Positions 8,905-22,746 are shown, numbered from the stretch's first letter. The stretch is DNA of 64,000 nt from Paraspadella gotoi (GCA_051294375.1 CM119266.1:7209431-7273430), one strand, 5' to 3'. The notes: generated by a model not told the origin, from the sequence alone. Numbers and translations are program-made.

Positions 8905-11810
8905 TAATAATAATAATAATAACAATAATGCGTACATTGCTAAGGAGTTTTATATTTAACATAATCTTTATTATTATTTATAATCAAATTATAAAATGTT
9001 TAGGGTTACGGATCAAGTCGTAAATTTAAAAACAAAAATGGGACGCTTTCGTAAAAAAGAGCCATAAATTTTAACGTCCTCCCTACTCACGAGTCAGAGA
9101 CCATGAAGAAACCGTAATCTCTTTGGCATCCGCCGTAATTTCTGTTGACGTAAAAGTGACGGGCGACATTCGGCTCTCCTTTCATGCTCCACCGGTTGAA
9201 GGGTCCTTTCCCGTTGACGACTGGGCCTCTGAGGATCGAAATGACTTTGTCTTTGACGAACCAATTTTGGATGTCGGAATTGCGTCCGTCGAATATGATG
9301 TCGACGACGGGAAGTTTGTCCTTCCACATCGTGAACCGAACCTTGGAGGTTGAAGATGTGATGATGATGTTTCTCTCTCTCTCTCTCCTCTGACGTTTAG
9401 TCTTCTCTTTCTTCTCTCCTCTCCTCTCTCTCTTTCCCCCTCCTCTCTCTCTTCTCTCTCTCTCTCTCTCTTCTCTTCTCCTCTCCTCTCTCTCTCTCAT
9501 TTCGAAAAAGAAAGATTGTTTGAATCTGCTCTTGGAAAGATTTCATGAAAGTGTTTAGGATAAAAACTCTACCCGATTTTCGTTTATATCTTTAAATACT
9601 TTTCAACTGTGTGAATATCATTTTGTAAATTGATGTAGCTTTTAGGGGCACATGTAGCCCAAAGCCCGTTTTTTGCTTTCACTCCTCCCCTCTTTTATAT
9701 ATTTCTTTTAGCAATTTCAAATTTGCAAAATTTCTCTCGTCATCTCCATTTCCCCGCTCTCTCTCTTGACTTGCATTACTCCTCTTTTCTCAATTCCTGC
9801 TCCAGGGCATCTCTCTCTCTCTCTCAACATCCTACATATATCTCCTCCTTGAAAAACTTTTTTCCATTTAAAGTGTTGTTGTTTAAATCTATTCAAATGA
9901 AACAATTATCAATTGTTAATTCGTTATTCCAATAAATATCCGACCTGTTTGTAATCTTTGACAAAGAGTTTTTTCCAGGAGTCGAGAAAAGTTCGATCCG
10001 TCCATCCCCCTTTGAAGTTCATCTCCATGTCAGAAAAATCGTCAGCGTCGCCGCTCACCAGCTTTGGATTACTTCCTGATTTAGATTTTAGATTTAGACT
10101 TAGATTTATATTTTATTTAGACTAAGATTTAGATTTAAACCTAGATTTAAAATGAGACTTTAATTTAGACTTAGTTTAAGACTAAGATTTATATTTAGGA
10201 CTTAGATTTCGTCTTTGTTTCAGAATTAGATTTACCTTCAGTCTTCTATAAACTGTTTGGATATCATTATATAGATTTATTCATTTGATAACAATTTAAT
10301 TATTATTAATTTATTATTTTTTATTTATTTAGCTTTTTTGAATGAATGGATAATTTTTATACGTACTTGTGCTTCAATTTCATTTTTATTCATTTATAAT
10401 ATTATTCATTTTTAGTCGGATCTGCTTATAAGCAGATCCCGACTCTATAGTTCACTTTGTCGGTCCGTCGGTCCGCCCCCTCAATCTTGTCAGAACATCG
10501 AATTATGAAAAATTATGCAAAAAAACGATGTCCGTCCGTCCGTCCGTCCGTCTATCCGTCTGTCCGTCCATCCGTCCAACCTTAACAAAAAACACCAATG
10601 ACTCGTGATTGGATGGATGGATTGGAATGATATTTTGTATGTGGTTAGGGAAGTGTGTGATTGAGCTGGATATGAAGTTTCGATGGAATCGTCTGAGTGG
10701 AAATGAGTTTAAATGAAAAAAAAATATATTTCATTATTTGAACACCAATTACTAATGAATGGATGGGGCAATTGACCTGAAATTTTGTATGTGGGTAGGA
10801 AAGTGTGTGATCAAGCTGGAAATCAAGTTTCGATGGAATCGTTTGAGTGGAAATGAGTTTAAATGGGAAAAAATAAAAAAACCGTTTCACTAATTGATTA
10901 TGCTTCTTTTTTTTATATTAAATGTAAATGCAAGATGTATATATTAATCAAATAATTAATCAGTTAATTAATCAATCAGTTAATTAATTAATTAATTATT
11001 TATCAAAACAAACATTTCGGATCAAGTTAATTAATTAATTGACTAATTAATTAACATGAATTAATTATTAATTAATAATCGTGGGCAGATCCGACATTGT
11101 TTGCTCAAACTTGTTATTTGTAATTTTTACTTTTGTTAATATCATCAAAAAATTGTATTTTTGCAACGTAATAAGTTTTTAAATTTGCGTCCGTGTTTCA
11201 AGCGTGTTTTCGATCTTCATCAGTGACTTGAAGTTAATGATACAGTATCAATTTTGAAAGGGAATTCACTTGTCGTTTCAAAAACGCGTTTTCTCCCTCA
11301 CCCTGACTTACCAACTGTGAAAGCTTCGTAAACGTTGATCCCACAGCCGCTGCTGACGCGGAAAACGATGCGTCCGTATTCTTGAGCGAAAGCGTTATTA
11401 TTTTTGGATTTGCAGTCGGGGGCTGCGTCTCCTTGACAGGTGGATATTGGATAAGGACGGAGGGACATTATCAAAAAAAAACTTAAATATATAATTAACC
11501 CGTTGAAAGTTACATTTGATGGTAAAATCTGTGTATTTGCGTAATATGACGTAATGCTCTTTGGAAAAAGATAGTTTCAAGACAGTATCTGAAAGGACCC
11601 GGGTTCTAGTCCCGGTCAGAACGGTTCTCGCAGTGCCCGGGCTGGTTAAACTAACGGCAGCAAGCCTTCCCCGAGATTTTCGACCCGGCAAAGCTGCCAA
11701 TTTAGTACTAGAAGGATTGGCTTCCCTTCCCCTTTCTATTTTTTTGTCATTATCTTACCATATTCCGAAGCAACTACGAACAAAAATCCAAAAAGAATCA
11801 AAGAATTCAT
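8407..11810 (-). CDS. Secreted uncharacterised protein, paralogue 2 (5 exons, about 233 aa, intact)
   Basis: Exons 11810-11759 (MNSLILFGFLFVVASEYG), 11431-11312 (DAAPDCK..RIVFRVSSGCGINVYEAFTV), 10075-9945 (..FKGGWTDRTFLDSWKK..), 9341-9091 (VRFTMWKDKLPVVDIIFDGRNSDIQNWF..RHFYVNRNYGGCQRDYGFFMVSD), 8554-8407 (VKKEVCMR..FPQFLYS..GMADCLTIAVK*). GT-AG introns and an open frame throughout. Confidence 0.88.
8583..8928. repeat. (AAT)n microsatellite blocks interleaved with two duplicated exon-boundary fragments
   Basis: Long AAT runs; CTCATGCAAACCTCCTT(C/T)TTTACTCTG occurs at about 8531, 8622 and 8753. Confidence 0.9.
10409..11115 (+). mobile_element. Helentron-associated non-autonomous element (HINE/DINE-1-like)
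   Basis: T-run insertion site, 5' hairpin GTCGGATCTGCT..AGCAGATCCCGAC, (GTCC/GTCT)n microsatellite, 3' sub-terminal IR GCAGATCCGAC and terminal hairpin GTTTGCTCAAAC. Further copies or fragments at about 13430-13890, 13990-14025, 18064-18135, 19085-19117, 27025-28415 and 31925-32480. Confidence 0.75.
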
Positions 11811-13129
11811 TTTCCAAAATATATATTTTTTTGGTGTGTTATGTTTTATATCCATACAAATTTCAAATCTTCTTGCGCAATGAAATCAGTGGGGAGATAT
11901 TTCATTTTAAAAATATTAAACCGAGAAAAAAAATGTAAATTATTTTTTTTATTTGGGCAATATAACAAAATAAACGAACTTATTACATTTCAATACGGTC
12001 GTAATAAATGTCTTTCTTTGGGTTTTTTATTTGCGTTTTTTTGAAGTCACCGCTCTGAGACTTCTCGGCGTTCAACCACGAAGAAAGACATTTGCAGGTG
12101 TTATTGTTGTTGTTGTCGTTGTTGTCTTTGAATCGATTTTTGGCTCTCTTTTCACAGGGCGCCCCATTGCTGTTTCTTTATCCCGGAATTTAATTTATCA
12201 ATATTAATTAGTTTATTTATAAATAGGAAAGGCCAAAATGCTTTTTCATAATTTTTAAATTTTAAGACCAGATTCAGATAGCTCATAAAAAGCTTGTCTA
12301 CACAAAGTATAATTCTTTTTAAATATTTCATGATAAGTGAGTCCAAATATAAGAAAAACCATAAAAAATCATCATCATCATCATCTTTCGATAATTTTAT
12401 CAGTTTTTTCTATTTTCACATAGAAACATAAAAATTTTAAAAGGCCTGTAATTATATTTCTTTGTTTAACTTTTTATGCTCTATCAGAATCCATCAAAAA
12501 ATTTTAAGATTTCAAAAAAAAATTTATAATGTAAAAAAGACAAGTAATATTTAATGTATTAATCAAGACGTATAATGTAAATTTTTTTGAAAATGATTGC
12601 TTAAAATATTTAGTCAAGACAACTAAAAATACTTTCCTAATAGTCAAAATTTTATATTATCTCTAGAGTGGTCCCTACTATTGGTTTTTAAAAAACAAAC
12701 AACAGACAACATCCGATCCGTAGTATCGATCGTGATGTATTTTGTTTCCGACATGTGAGTTTTCTGTAAGTTATTGATTATTGTAATCATAGAAGAAAAA
12801 TACTGGCCTCCTAATGCTTGGTAACAATGAAAAATAAGCTTTAAAACAATAAACCTGATGATTATATATATAGTATATACAATACTATATAATACTCTAC
12901 AAAGATATGCGTAATGTTTGTATACAATGTATGCGAATTCATCAAACTTTTCTTGTTATTCTGAGCTAGATTTTAAGATATATTATAGGATATACTATAA
13001 CGTATTCTTCCTTCTCAAACTACACCTTGAAATCGAGGAAAAGTGGGGTGTGAGGGAAAATGCAAAAAATAAAAGTTTTTATCGATTTTAAACAATGCGG
13101 ATTTTAGCCTCGATCGTAGATAGAAATAC

Positions 13130-13372
13130 AGTAGCATCCGTCTAGAATTCTGAGACGGCAAAGCTCTGTTACTCGAGTACAAATGAGAATTTGAAAGAGA
13201 CTTTTTGTCTTGTTATCGAGTACTCATATGGCTACTCCCTTCGGTAAGCCATTGCTCTACGACCACTTTTGGACATAGCAGTTTATTGTAAAAGTTTACC
13301 TTGAGTGGGATTCGAATCCTACCATTCCATTCTGCGTCGAAGTCTTAGTTTTTAACCACTCGGCCATCTCGT
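13130..13372 (-). mobile_element. tRNA-derived SINE; inverted partner at 14415-14655
   Basis: Minus strand begins TGGCCGAGTGG (A box) .. GGATTCGAATCCC (B box); the body of about 150 bp is shared with 14505-14655 in opposite orientation. Confidence 0.65.
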
Positions 13373-14414
13373 TATATAAAAAAAAAATTCAAAAACCTCG
13401 ATATAAAATTTGGGTTTTTCTTTTCTGATCTGGAAAAAAAAATATATTTCACTATTTGAACACCAATTACTCATGAGTGGATGGGAGATTGACTTGAAAT
13501 TTTGTATGTGGGTAGAAAAGTGTGTGATTGACAGGAAATCAAGTTTCGATGGAATCGTTGAGTGAAATGAGTTTAAATGGAAAAAAACAAAAAAAACGTG
13601 TTTCATAATTGATTATGCTTTTTATATTAAATGAAATACAAGATGTATATTAATTCAATAATTAATTAGTTAATTAATCAATAGGTCAATTAATTAATCA
13701 ATAATTAATTAATCAGTCAATTAATCAATCAAAACAACATTTTGGATCAAAATAATTTAATTAATTAACTTGAATTAATATTAAATAATTAATTAATTGA
13801 ATTAATTATTAAATAATTAATTAATTATTAATTAATTAATTACGATAATGATCGTTGGCAGATCCGACATTGTTTGCTCAAACTTGTTTCATGTTACAAA
13901 CATGTTATGATTGGTTAAGATCACAAATTGAAAGTCAGAAACATTACCAAGAATTATCATCGTATTAGCTTATACTTGCTTAATTATTGTAGGCAGATCC
14001 GACATTGTTTGCTCAAACTTGTTTTTATGCAAATCGAAAACTTAGATTATTCCATTTTTGAAAACGATTTCATTCTTTCATTCTCTCAATCATTAGCCTA
14101 TTTATTAATATTGATACAATAAGCAACTAGTTAAAAACACTTAATAAACACTTTAAAAGCAAGGTGAAAATGTTCAACGTCGCGGCTTAAAGAGGCAACT
14201 GACTTTTCCTCAATTTCAAACATTAAAAATAAGCCAGATATTCGCTTTCTTCGTATTAATCGTCGTCGTTGCGACGTTCTGTCACGAATCGGGAAACTTG
14301 GGACTCGGATGTCGAAATCTCTGCCTTTGACGTTGAATATTTTGTTTCCCCAAAAAATTAAAAGCGAACCTACAGCTTTATATACTTTAATTTGTACAGA
14401 ATTTTTTGAAAATC

Positions 14415-14655
14415 ATTTGGCCGAGTGCTTAGCGCGCCGGATTTCAACGTTACGAAAAGGTTTCAGGTTCAAATTGGCTGAAGCATCTTTTACAATAAGT
14501 TCTGATGTCCCAAAATTGGTCGTAGAGCAATGGCTTCCCGAAGGGGGAGTAGCCACATGTGTACTCGATATCAAGACAAAAGCTCTCTTTAAAATCTTTC
14601 ATTTGTACTCGAGTTACAGAGCTTGCCGTCTCAGAAATTCTAGACGGATGCTACT
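14415..14655 (+). mobile_element. tRNA-derived SINE (second copy)
   Basis: TGGCCGAGTG A box and GGTTCAAAT B box; body matches the reverse complement of 13130-13280. Confidence 0.65.
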
Positions 14656-15599
14656 TGTACGTGGTTGAGGGTTCGAACCCTGACCTCGGAAAGTTTTGTA
14701 TTCATTATTGTTATTGACTGAGGTCAATTCGAAGCAAACTTATTCCTTTATTATTGTGAAAGTTTGCCAGGCCGAAATAAGAAAAGCGTGGACTATTTAA
14801 GCTTTGATAAAAAAAGGGTTTAATTTAATTTTTGAAAGCGAAGAAAAAGATGAGAAGAGAAAAAACAGAAGGAGATTTTTAGGTTGGATAAAAGGGAAAG
14901 AAGGAGAATAAGGAGATTAGGAGAATAATGGGGATAAGAATAATAAGGAGAACAGGAGAATAAGGAGATTAGGAAAATTAGAAGGAAGAAAATAAATATA
15001 GAAAATAAAGAAAGAAAATATTGTAAATAGATTGAAGTCAAATTTGACAAAGAAAGAAAAATAAATAGAAATAGAAAAAAAAATCGGTGTTTTTATCAAA
15101 TTTTTTCCTCACAAAGTTTGTGAGTTGTGCCTCAACCTTTTCTGGGTGAAGTGACATTATCTGACATGGGTAAACATGACATGACCCATCTTATGAAAAG
15201 TGATGCGCAAAGTAAAGGTGAATATCTATTATGAGAAAAGACGTGTTGCCAAATCTTCCTATCTCTCTCTCTCTCNNNNNNNNNNTCTCTTTCTCTCTCT
15301 CTCATTTTACGCGAGAAACGCGACCCGTGATTCCGCGTGAACGTCGGACGAGAAAAAGAGACAGAGTATGAGAGAAAAGAGAGATAGAGAGCGAGTGCCG
15401 CCAACTGAGACGGAGACGAGAGACGCAAAAAAGATGATCGCGTCTCTTATATTTTTTTTTCTGCTTTGTTTTGCAAATTGAAACGTGTTGATTAAAAAAC
15501 GGCAATATTTTCCAAAAGCCCCCGGTTCTGATGCTAATCTCTGAACCTAATTTTAACATTAATATCTAACCTTAATCCCATACCTTATCCTCTCACTCT

Positions 15600-15795
15600 A
15601 ATTCCTAACCTCAATTCCTAACGTCAATTACTAATGTCAATTCCTAAAGTCAATTCCTAATGTCAATTCCTAACGTCAATTCCTAACGTCAATTCCTAAC
15701 CTCAATTTCTAACTTCAATTCCTAACCTCAATTCCGAACCTCAATTCCGAACCTCAATTCCTAACCTCAATTCCTAACCTTAATTCCTAACCTCA
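15600..15795. repeat. 13-bp minisatellite (CCTAACCTCAATT)n
   Basis: About 14 tandem, slightly degenerate units read directly. Confidence 0.9.
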
Positions 15796-17141
15796 TCTAC
15801 TCTAAACGAAAATCCTAAACCCGATTCCCTAATTGAATCCATAACTAAATCCCTAAATCGTAAACCCTAATCCCTAATCTCCATTTTAATCATTAAACTT
15901 AAAAATAACCTTAAGCTGAAATTATCCAATTTAAAAAAATATGGCCCAACGAAAAGAAACAGAAAATGGAGAAAAAAAAAGGAAATCGAGATAGAAAGAG
16001 AAAAAAAAAAGAAATGAAAAAAAAACTTGTTTTCATCGTAATCAGTTAAAAAATGTTCCTCTGGTCTCTCGTTGAAAATGCGACGACGATTCCCTTTTTT
16101 TTGTCGTTGTTGTTGTTGTTGTTGTAGCCGTCGTTGTCGTCAAGGTTTTTGGTCATCATTTTTGTCATCATTATCGTCGTCGTCGTCGTCGTTTGGAAAA
16201 CTGACTAAACTATTTTCGTACTTCAGTTTTATCTGATCTCGATGAAAAACTAATTTATTTTTAGATTAACAGCGAAATTCTCGTGGATTTCTTCTCAATT
16301 TGTTAAATTTTGTTATTTAGATTTTAGGAATTAAAACAATGATTTTAGGAAACAACAAAAACAAACATCAAATCTGGACTATTGAAAAGTATTGTAATAA
16401 TGTAATTAAAGTAAGAACAACGACGTAAATCAAAATAAAAACTTTTTCTATTCTTCACTTGGATTAAAACTTTCGCTCATTGAGTGAGAAAAACAAAAAA
16501 ACAATGGATCATATTTCAGAAACAATTCGGGCAAAAGGATAAATATAAAAATTGTAATAAAATGTAAAATAAAAGCTTAAAAAAATTGAATTAAAAAAAA
16601 AATAGGAAAGCAGAAGCCAACAAAAACTATTATCACAAACTTCATTTAGTGTGTCTTGTATGAAAACTTAATAATGAGTTTCATAAGTTAAACTTGCAAA
16701 TGATTCAAACCACGTTTACTGAAACTTTATTAATCCCGTCTGTTGCAATTTGTGTACAACTCGGTTCACTCTATCAAATTACACACCACGGTTAAGAGAA
16801 GATTACAAAAGATAGATTATTATTATTTTTCGTCAAACTGCCGCAACTCTAACCAATTTTCCACCTCCTCCTCTTCCTCCTCTTCTTCCTCTTCCTACTC
16901 CACTTCATTGATATCGTCCTTAACTTTCATAATCACCAATTTAATTGTCTCAAACTTTCCCACGGTTTTCCTGCTATTAAAATAAACAAAAGAACCACTT
17001 GAGCGATGCTATGTATGTAAACTAATTCATAAGAAATATGAGAAACTTTCTTGAAATAAGCGAGTTTAGCTCAAACGACAAGTTGAGCCAAATCTTCTTT
17101 TAAAATAATCTCTGCCACACCTTCGTCGAAACTGCCTCACC

Positions 17142-17225
17142 ATGGGCTGCGGACCTTCGGCCGAAAAAAACGATAACGAAATAAAAAATTCGTCTCCGTC
17201 GCCGAACGGTGACCTGAGCTGGAAG
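17142..17225 (+). CDS. Candidate first coding exon 1b of the globin X-like gene (N-myristoylation/palmitoylation motif)
   Basis: Strong Kozak context caccATGg; 28 codons MGCGPSAEKNDNEIKNSSPSPNGDLSWK; phase-0 donor AAG|GTAAGT. Joins in frame to NLYLPP.. at 37922, and an MGC start is the hallmark of globin X. Confidence 0.75.
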
Positions 17226-18136
17226 GTAAGTTAATGCGGTTATGAGGTGAATTAAGAAACTAAACTCGTTTTTCATGGTATATCCTTTCTTTTCGTTGTT
17301 GTATAGAGATTTACAAAGAATTATTTGTAAACCTTCGTTTTTATAAATTCAACATTCATTCATTTAATATTCATTCATTCATTCATTCATTCATTCATTC
17401 ATTCATTCATTCATTCATTCATTAAGAAATTAAACTCGTTTATTTCACCTTCGTTTTTTATAAATTCAACATTCATTCATTCATTCATTCATCCATTCAT
17501 TCATAATTCATTGATTCATTCATTCAGAAATTAAACTAGTTTATTTTACCATCGTTTTTATAAATTCAACATTCATCTCCGAATCTCGTCGACAATTGAA
17601 TTGTTCGTTTATGAATTAATTTACCAACCAGTTCCAAATTGCTAATGTCCTTGAATGAAACTAAGAGACAGAAATAAATAAAACGAATCGAGAGAGGCAC
17701 AAATAATAATAATTAATAAATAAAATAATCTGGAAATCTAATTTTCCTAGTGAAAATGAGAAACCTGTATCACTAAATGAATATTGAAGAGACAGCAGTA
17801 ATTATTGTTGTGTTAGTGACAGAACCGTTCAATATAAGCAGTCCCTGAGCTTCGGATCAGGCTGTAACACCGAGTTACAGGCGGGTTAAGCGCCCCGGAC
17901 CTTTGGGTTGGGAGGCGAATGACTTGCCTCCGGCACCAATGGCCGCTGATGAACGGTTGGTGGATTTTAGTCCACCATAATATGCTCTTTCTACAGGGAC
18001 TTCAATCTGGACCGATAACAAAAGATTTGATTAAACTCTTAATTCTTTTACTGTATATTATTTTTAGCCGAATCTGCTTACAGCAGGTTCTGGCTCTATA
18101 ATTCACTTTGTCGGTCCTTCGGTCCGCCCCCCAATA

Positions 18137-18725
18137 AGGCGTAGTAAAATTTTTAAATTGAACTTTAATTAAAATTCTAAAAGTGAGGAACGAACAACAT
18201 TATACTAGTGAACATTTATGTATAAAAAAATTTAAAATAAATTTTACAATTTATGCAGGAGGCTATATTTATACTAGTACTAATCCAATAAATGTTAAAA
18301 TTTCAAAACAGTTTTTTCTAAGATTTTTTGCAGATTTGGATTCGTCATAAAAAGTTGATGAAAAGAAATATATATAACTCTTTTTGAAAAATTCCTTCAT
18401 TAAGTGGGTCAAAAATTTTAAAAAAAGCTATATTTTAAGCTGAAAATTAACTTTTTATATATTAAATATAGTTTTTTTTAAATTTTTAACCCACTTAATG
18501 AAAGAATTTTTAAAAATGATTTATATTTTCTTCTATCAACTTTTTATGAGGAATTCAAATCTGCAATCAAAATTAAGAAAAGCCTATTTTTAAATTATAT
18601 ATAAATATAGCCTACTGCGGAAATTAAAAAACATAAAATTATTTTTTTTTACAAATTAATGTTCACTGATAGTATGTTGTTCATAATTGACTTTTAGAAT
18701 TTCCGTACGTAATTTTCACTACGCT
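18137..18725. mobile_element. AGGCGTAGT-TIR MITE copy, apparently inserted into a HINE-like element
   Basis: Reverse-oriented copy of 2828-3438; interrupts the HINE 5' end at CCCCCCAAT. Confidence 0.8.
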
Positions 18726-19309
18726 GAGTACGCTCTACCCCCCAATCTTGAGTTGGAAAAATGATGCAAGTTGAAAAAATAATGCAATTTGAAAAAATAG
18801 AGCGAGTTAAAAAAAGGATGCAAGATGAAAAAATGATGCGAGTTTAAAAAATGAGGCAAGTTTAAAAAATGATGTAAGTTGAAAAAATAATCATAGAAAT
18901 TATTTGTACTTTATTTATATTTATTTCTAGTTTTCTACCATACTAACAGTTCAGTTTAATCCCTTGCAAGCGATTTACATGTATTGGTAAGGTATTGTAT
19001 GATCTGTTATAATCATTTAGGATCACAAATTGAAGAATTATCGTGATTTATCATCTGATTATCTGATTACCACTGAATTACCGTTGGCAGATACGACATT
19101 ATTTGCTCAAACTTGTTAAAAGTACAAACATTAAGGCTAGAACATGTATTTTTTCTATAAATATGTATTGTTTTGAATCATCAACGACTTTTTAGAAAAT
19201 CTTTTGAAAATTTTTTTTTTACTAAAAGCAGATTTAATTTTCAGATTTTTATATTTTCTAATCATTTGTTTTCAATTCATAGTCATATTGAAGGCGTTGT
19301 TCTTTTTTT

Positions 19310-22300
19310 TCACAAAACAGTGATTGTCACGGTGTCTGCCATTCCCAAGGCTTTCGACATGCGAGTGCCTTCTTTATCCAATGAGTAAAAGAAAACCGGA
19401 TAATTATCCCATTTTGCCTTTTTATTATAGTGCCCCTGGCATGGATCATTTCCTCTGAAAAAATAAGTATCCAAAAATATTATCTTTGCTGAAAATGTAA
19501 AAGAAAAAAATTAACTCATTTTTATCAAACTTACTTGTCTGATATAAAGAAGTATCCATAATCTTTTGTACATCCACCATATTTTTGGTTGACATAGAAA
19601 TGCCTTCCAGTTTCGTGTGCAGCTTTGATACTCCATTGGTTGTACTTTCTATCCACATCTACGCTGGGGCCTTGGAGGACTTCAATTATGTTCTTGCGGT
19701 TAAACCAGCTGTCGCTGTTGCTGCCTTTACCATCGAACAATATGTCAACAACAGGTTTACCGGCTTTCCACATTGTAAACCGAACCTGAAGGAACAAAAA
19801 CTCATTGAAGTCTTGCAACATATCAAAATATCACCCCTCAAATTTTCTCAGCAACTCCAGTGACATAAGATTAACATTAAAATATAATATAACATATTTT
19901 ATAAAAGTTTTTTAGTTTTTAATGGCAAATCCAAATCTGTTCTTAAAAATAAAAAAAATTACTTTGAAATTTAACAATTTTATAAGTATATATTTACATA
20001 AAAAATTGAATTTATTATACTGTTATGCTAAAAAAAATTTTAAAAGGATTTAAAATTTGTTAATTATATATCCATAGACAGCAAAAAAATAATGTTCAAT
20101 CGCTTCATCACTCCACCCTACTCAGCAGTAGGGGTGGACTGCTGTAAGATTTGCAGTTATGAGTCTTGCAAGGCTAGCATTTTTTCCCCTGCATGACTTT
20201 ATTATACAGAATCCATTAACTTTTTTGACATGTCATAATTTGAATTTACCTCAGTAAACAATCCATTGGCGAATGAAACCTTCCATTGATTGAGCAAAGC
20301 CTTGTTGATCCAACCTCCTTCGAACGCCATCGCTGGATCGGCGTACATCCTGCCGTTACCGGTCTTCAATCTGTCATCAGTTCCTGAATGCATAAATTAT
20401 CAAATAATTATTAACTAAAAAAAAGAGAAATAAAAGGAAATTGTTTTATTGACTAGTTATTAAATATCATCACAGAGGAATGAAACCCGGAAACAGAGGA
20501 AAGGATTAAGGAAGAGGATTCCGGAAGAGGAAGAAGATTCTGGAACGATTTCAAACGGGATTTTGGAAGCCAAATCCAGAAAAGGAACAATAATGATATG
20601 TAATTAATGTGTCTGAATTAACTCATACATTAGAANNNNNNNNNNNNNNNNNNNNNNNNNTTCAAAGTAGTGTGAGGTATAGTCGGCAACATGGGGCTAA
20701 AAAAAAACAGGTTCGGGAAGAAAAAAAAAGGAATGAAAAAAAGGTCTTCTCAACTTACATGACCCAGTCTTCATAACTTACTTGAGCGATCTTCTAAACT
20801 TACTTGAAGAGGTTTTCTTAACTTTTAGGCTAGAACCATGAACCTTCTCACCCAGATCCAGCCATCAGAGCGAGCAGCCAATTATTAGATGATGAACTTT
20901 ATCTCTAATATATAAATATTAAACTCTTTAACAAAATAACAAATAAATCTAATATAAATAAAAGACTCATCACCGATATTCGATCACGGGACTCATATAC
21001 TTATTTACACCTGTATATAAGTAGAAATCAACTATGAAATTAAATTCAATAGAGGCGGGGGTTAAAACCTTTAGTCTTGAAGTAAAAAAAGATTTTTTTA
21101 AAAAAAGTTCGATTTTAATTACTATCAAAATTACAATATTACTATATAATGATACAATTTTTTTTTAATCCTTAACTTTTTTGATGGATTCTGCTAGAGC
21201 ATAAAAAGTTAAATAAAAAAATCTTAAAAGAATAGGATGGAGCCTCCCTTCCGCTCAAGTTATGAAGACTCAGTCAAGTAAGTAAGATAAAGAAGACCCG
21301 GTCAAGTAAGTTAAGAAGACCATGTCAAGTAAGTCAAGAATAATTGTAGTTCGGGCATTTGCCTAGGTTCACCCGCCTATAAGCATAACTCTTTCAGTTA
21401 TGACCCGGTGGCTCATTGAGTAAAGCATCAGCTCATGACCACTCATGACCACACAGGGTAGGTACCGGTTGGGATTGAACCCAGGTACCTCCCTGCGGGA
21501 AGAGTGAGGATGGCCATAAGCCGCTTGGGGCATGGCAAACCCTCAAGCCTGGTTCCAAGCCCAGGAACCATTCCATGTCTGCAAGAGGGGGTTATAGAAG
21601 TTACGGATAGTCATCTTCTGCCCACTTAGCGCCTTATCCACATATAAGTTAAGGAAAACGTGGTCAAGTAAGGTTAAAAAGACGTGTCAAGTAAGTCAAA
21701 ATAATAAGTTAGAGAAACACAGTCAATAAATTAAGAAGACCCTGTCAAGTAAGTCGAGAAGACCTCTTCAAGTAAGTACAAAGACTCGGTCAAGTAAGTT
21801 AAGAAGACCCGATTTAATAAGTTGAGAAAATCCGGGTCAAGTAAGTTAGTGAAGACCGGTTTAATAAGTTAAGAAAACCTAGTCAAGTAAGTTTGTGCGG
21901 GCTCCACGAGCGTCAGCTGATAGGATGGCGTTGACTGGAAACGAGAGAGACGTTGGCGTTAGACGTCCATCACGTGGCACAATCAGTTAATTTAATTGTT
22001 TATTATAAAACGTCTCTAACCAAATTGCAGTTAATTATAAAAGAGCTAATAAAAAATCTTAAAAGAATAGGATGGAGCTCCCTTCAATGATAACCAAATA
22101 TTGATGCGATGCATAACCAAAGGATTGATGCGATGATAACCAAATATTGATGCGGATGAGTAACCAATAATTGATGCGAGATGAATCCAAATGATCAATG
22201 TGATGATAACCAAAGTTGATGGAATATCAAGGATGCGTTAGTGATAATAACAAGTTCGAACTACAATATATCATTATTGATGCGATGAATAGTCATTCAT

Positions 22301-22746
22301 TGACGCAATGAATCATTCATGTATAAATAAAACAAACAAATGCGTGTATGAGTCAAAGAGAGAGAGAAAAACGAGAGAGAGAAAGAAAGAGAATAAATCC
22401 ACGAAAATCTCGGATGTAAATTTGGGATTTTGCATTAAGAAAAAACGCGGAATAATGGCGATAATAAAAGTTTTTAAAAGGAAAAAATAATCAAATTTTT
22501 CAAAAGAGAGAGAGAGAGAGAGAGAGCATACAGAAAGAGAAAGAGACAGAAAGAGAGAGAAAGCTAGACAGCCCTTTTCCTAATTACTTAGCTATCCCTC
22601 ACTAACAATAATATTTCACATTTCTGAAACTTCTATTTCATTTCACTAATTATTACGGTAGCTAATTGTTGATATTATTCATTATTATAAGTTTACCAAA
22701 TTTAACATTGTTGTACATTTCATAATGTATTATATTTTCAAGCGCA

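Noticed and set aside
11185-11230. Second hammerhead ribozyme on the - strand (CTGATGA..GAAA)
   Set aside because: Core boxes are present but stems II and III are not convincing by eye.
13290-13372. Functional tRNA genes here and at 1410-1480 and 14415-14480
   Set aside because: A and B boxes are present but I cannot build a full cloverleaf, and each is attached to a repeated body, so they are SINE heads.
15600-15885. Interstitial telomere (CCTAA/CCCTAA), also 62335-62470 and (AAAACC)n at 46235
   Set aside because: No run of a pure telomeric unit; these are a 13-bp minisatellite, degenerate tracts and a simple hexamer repeat.
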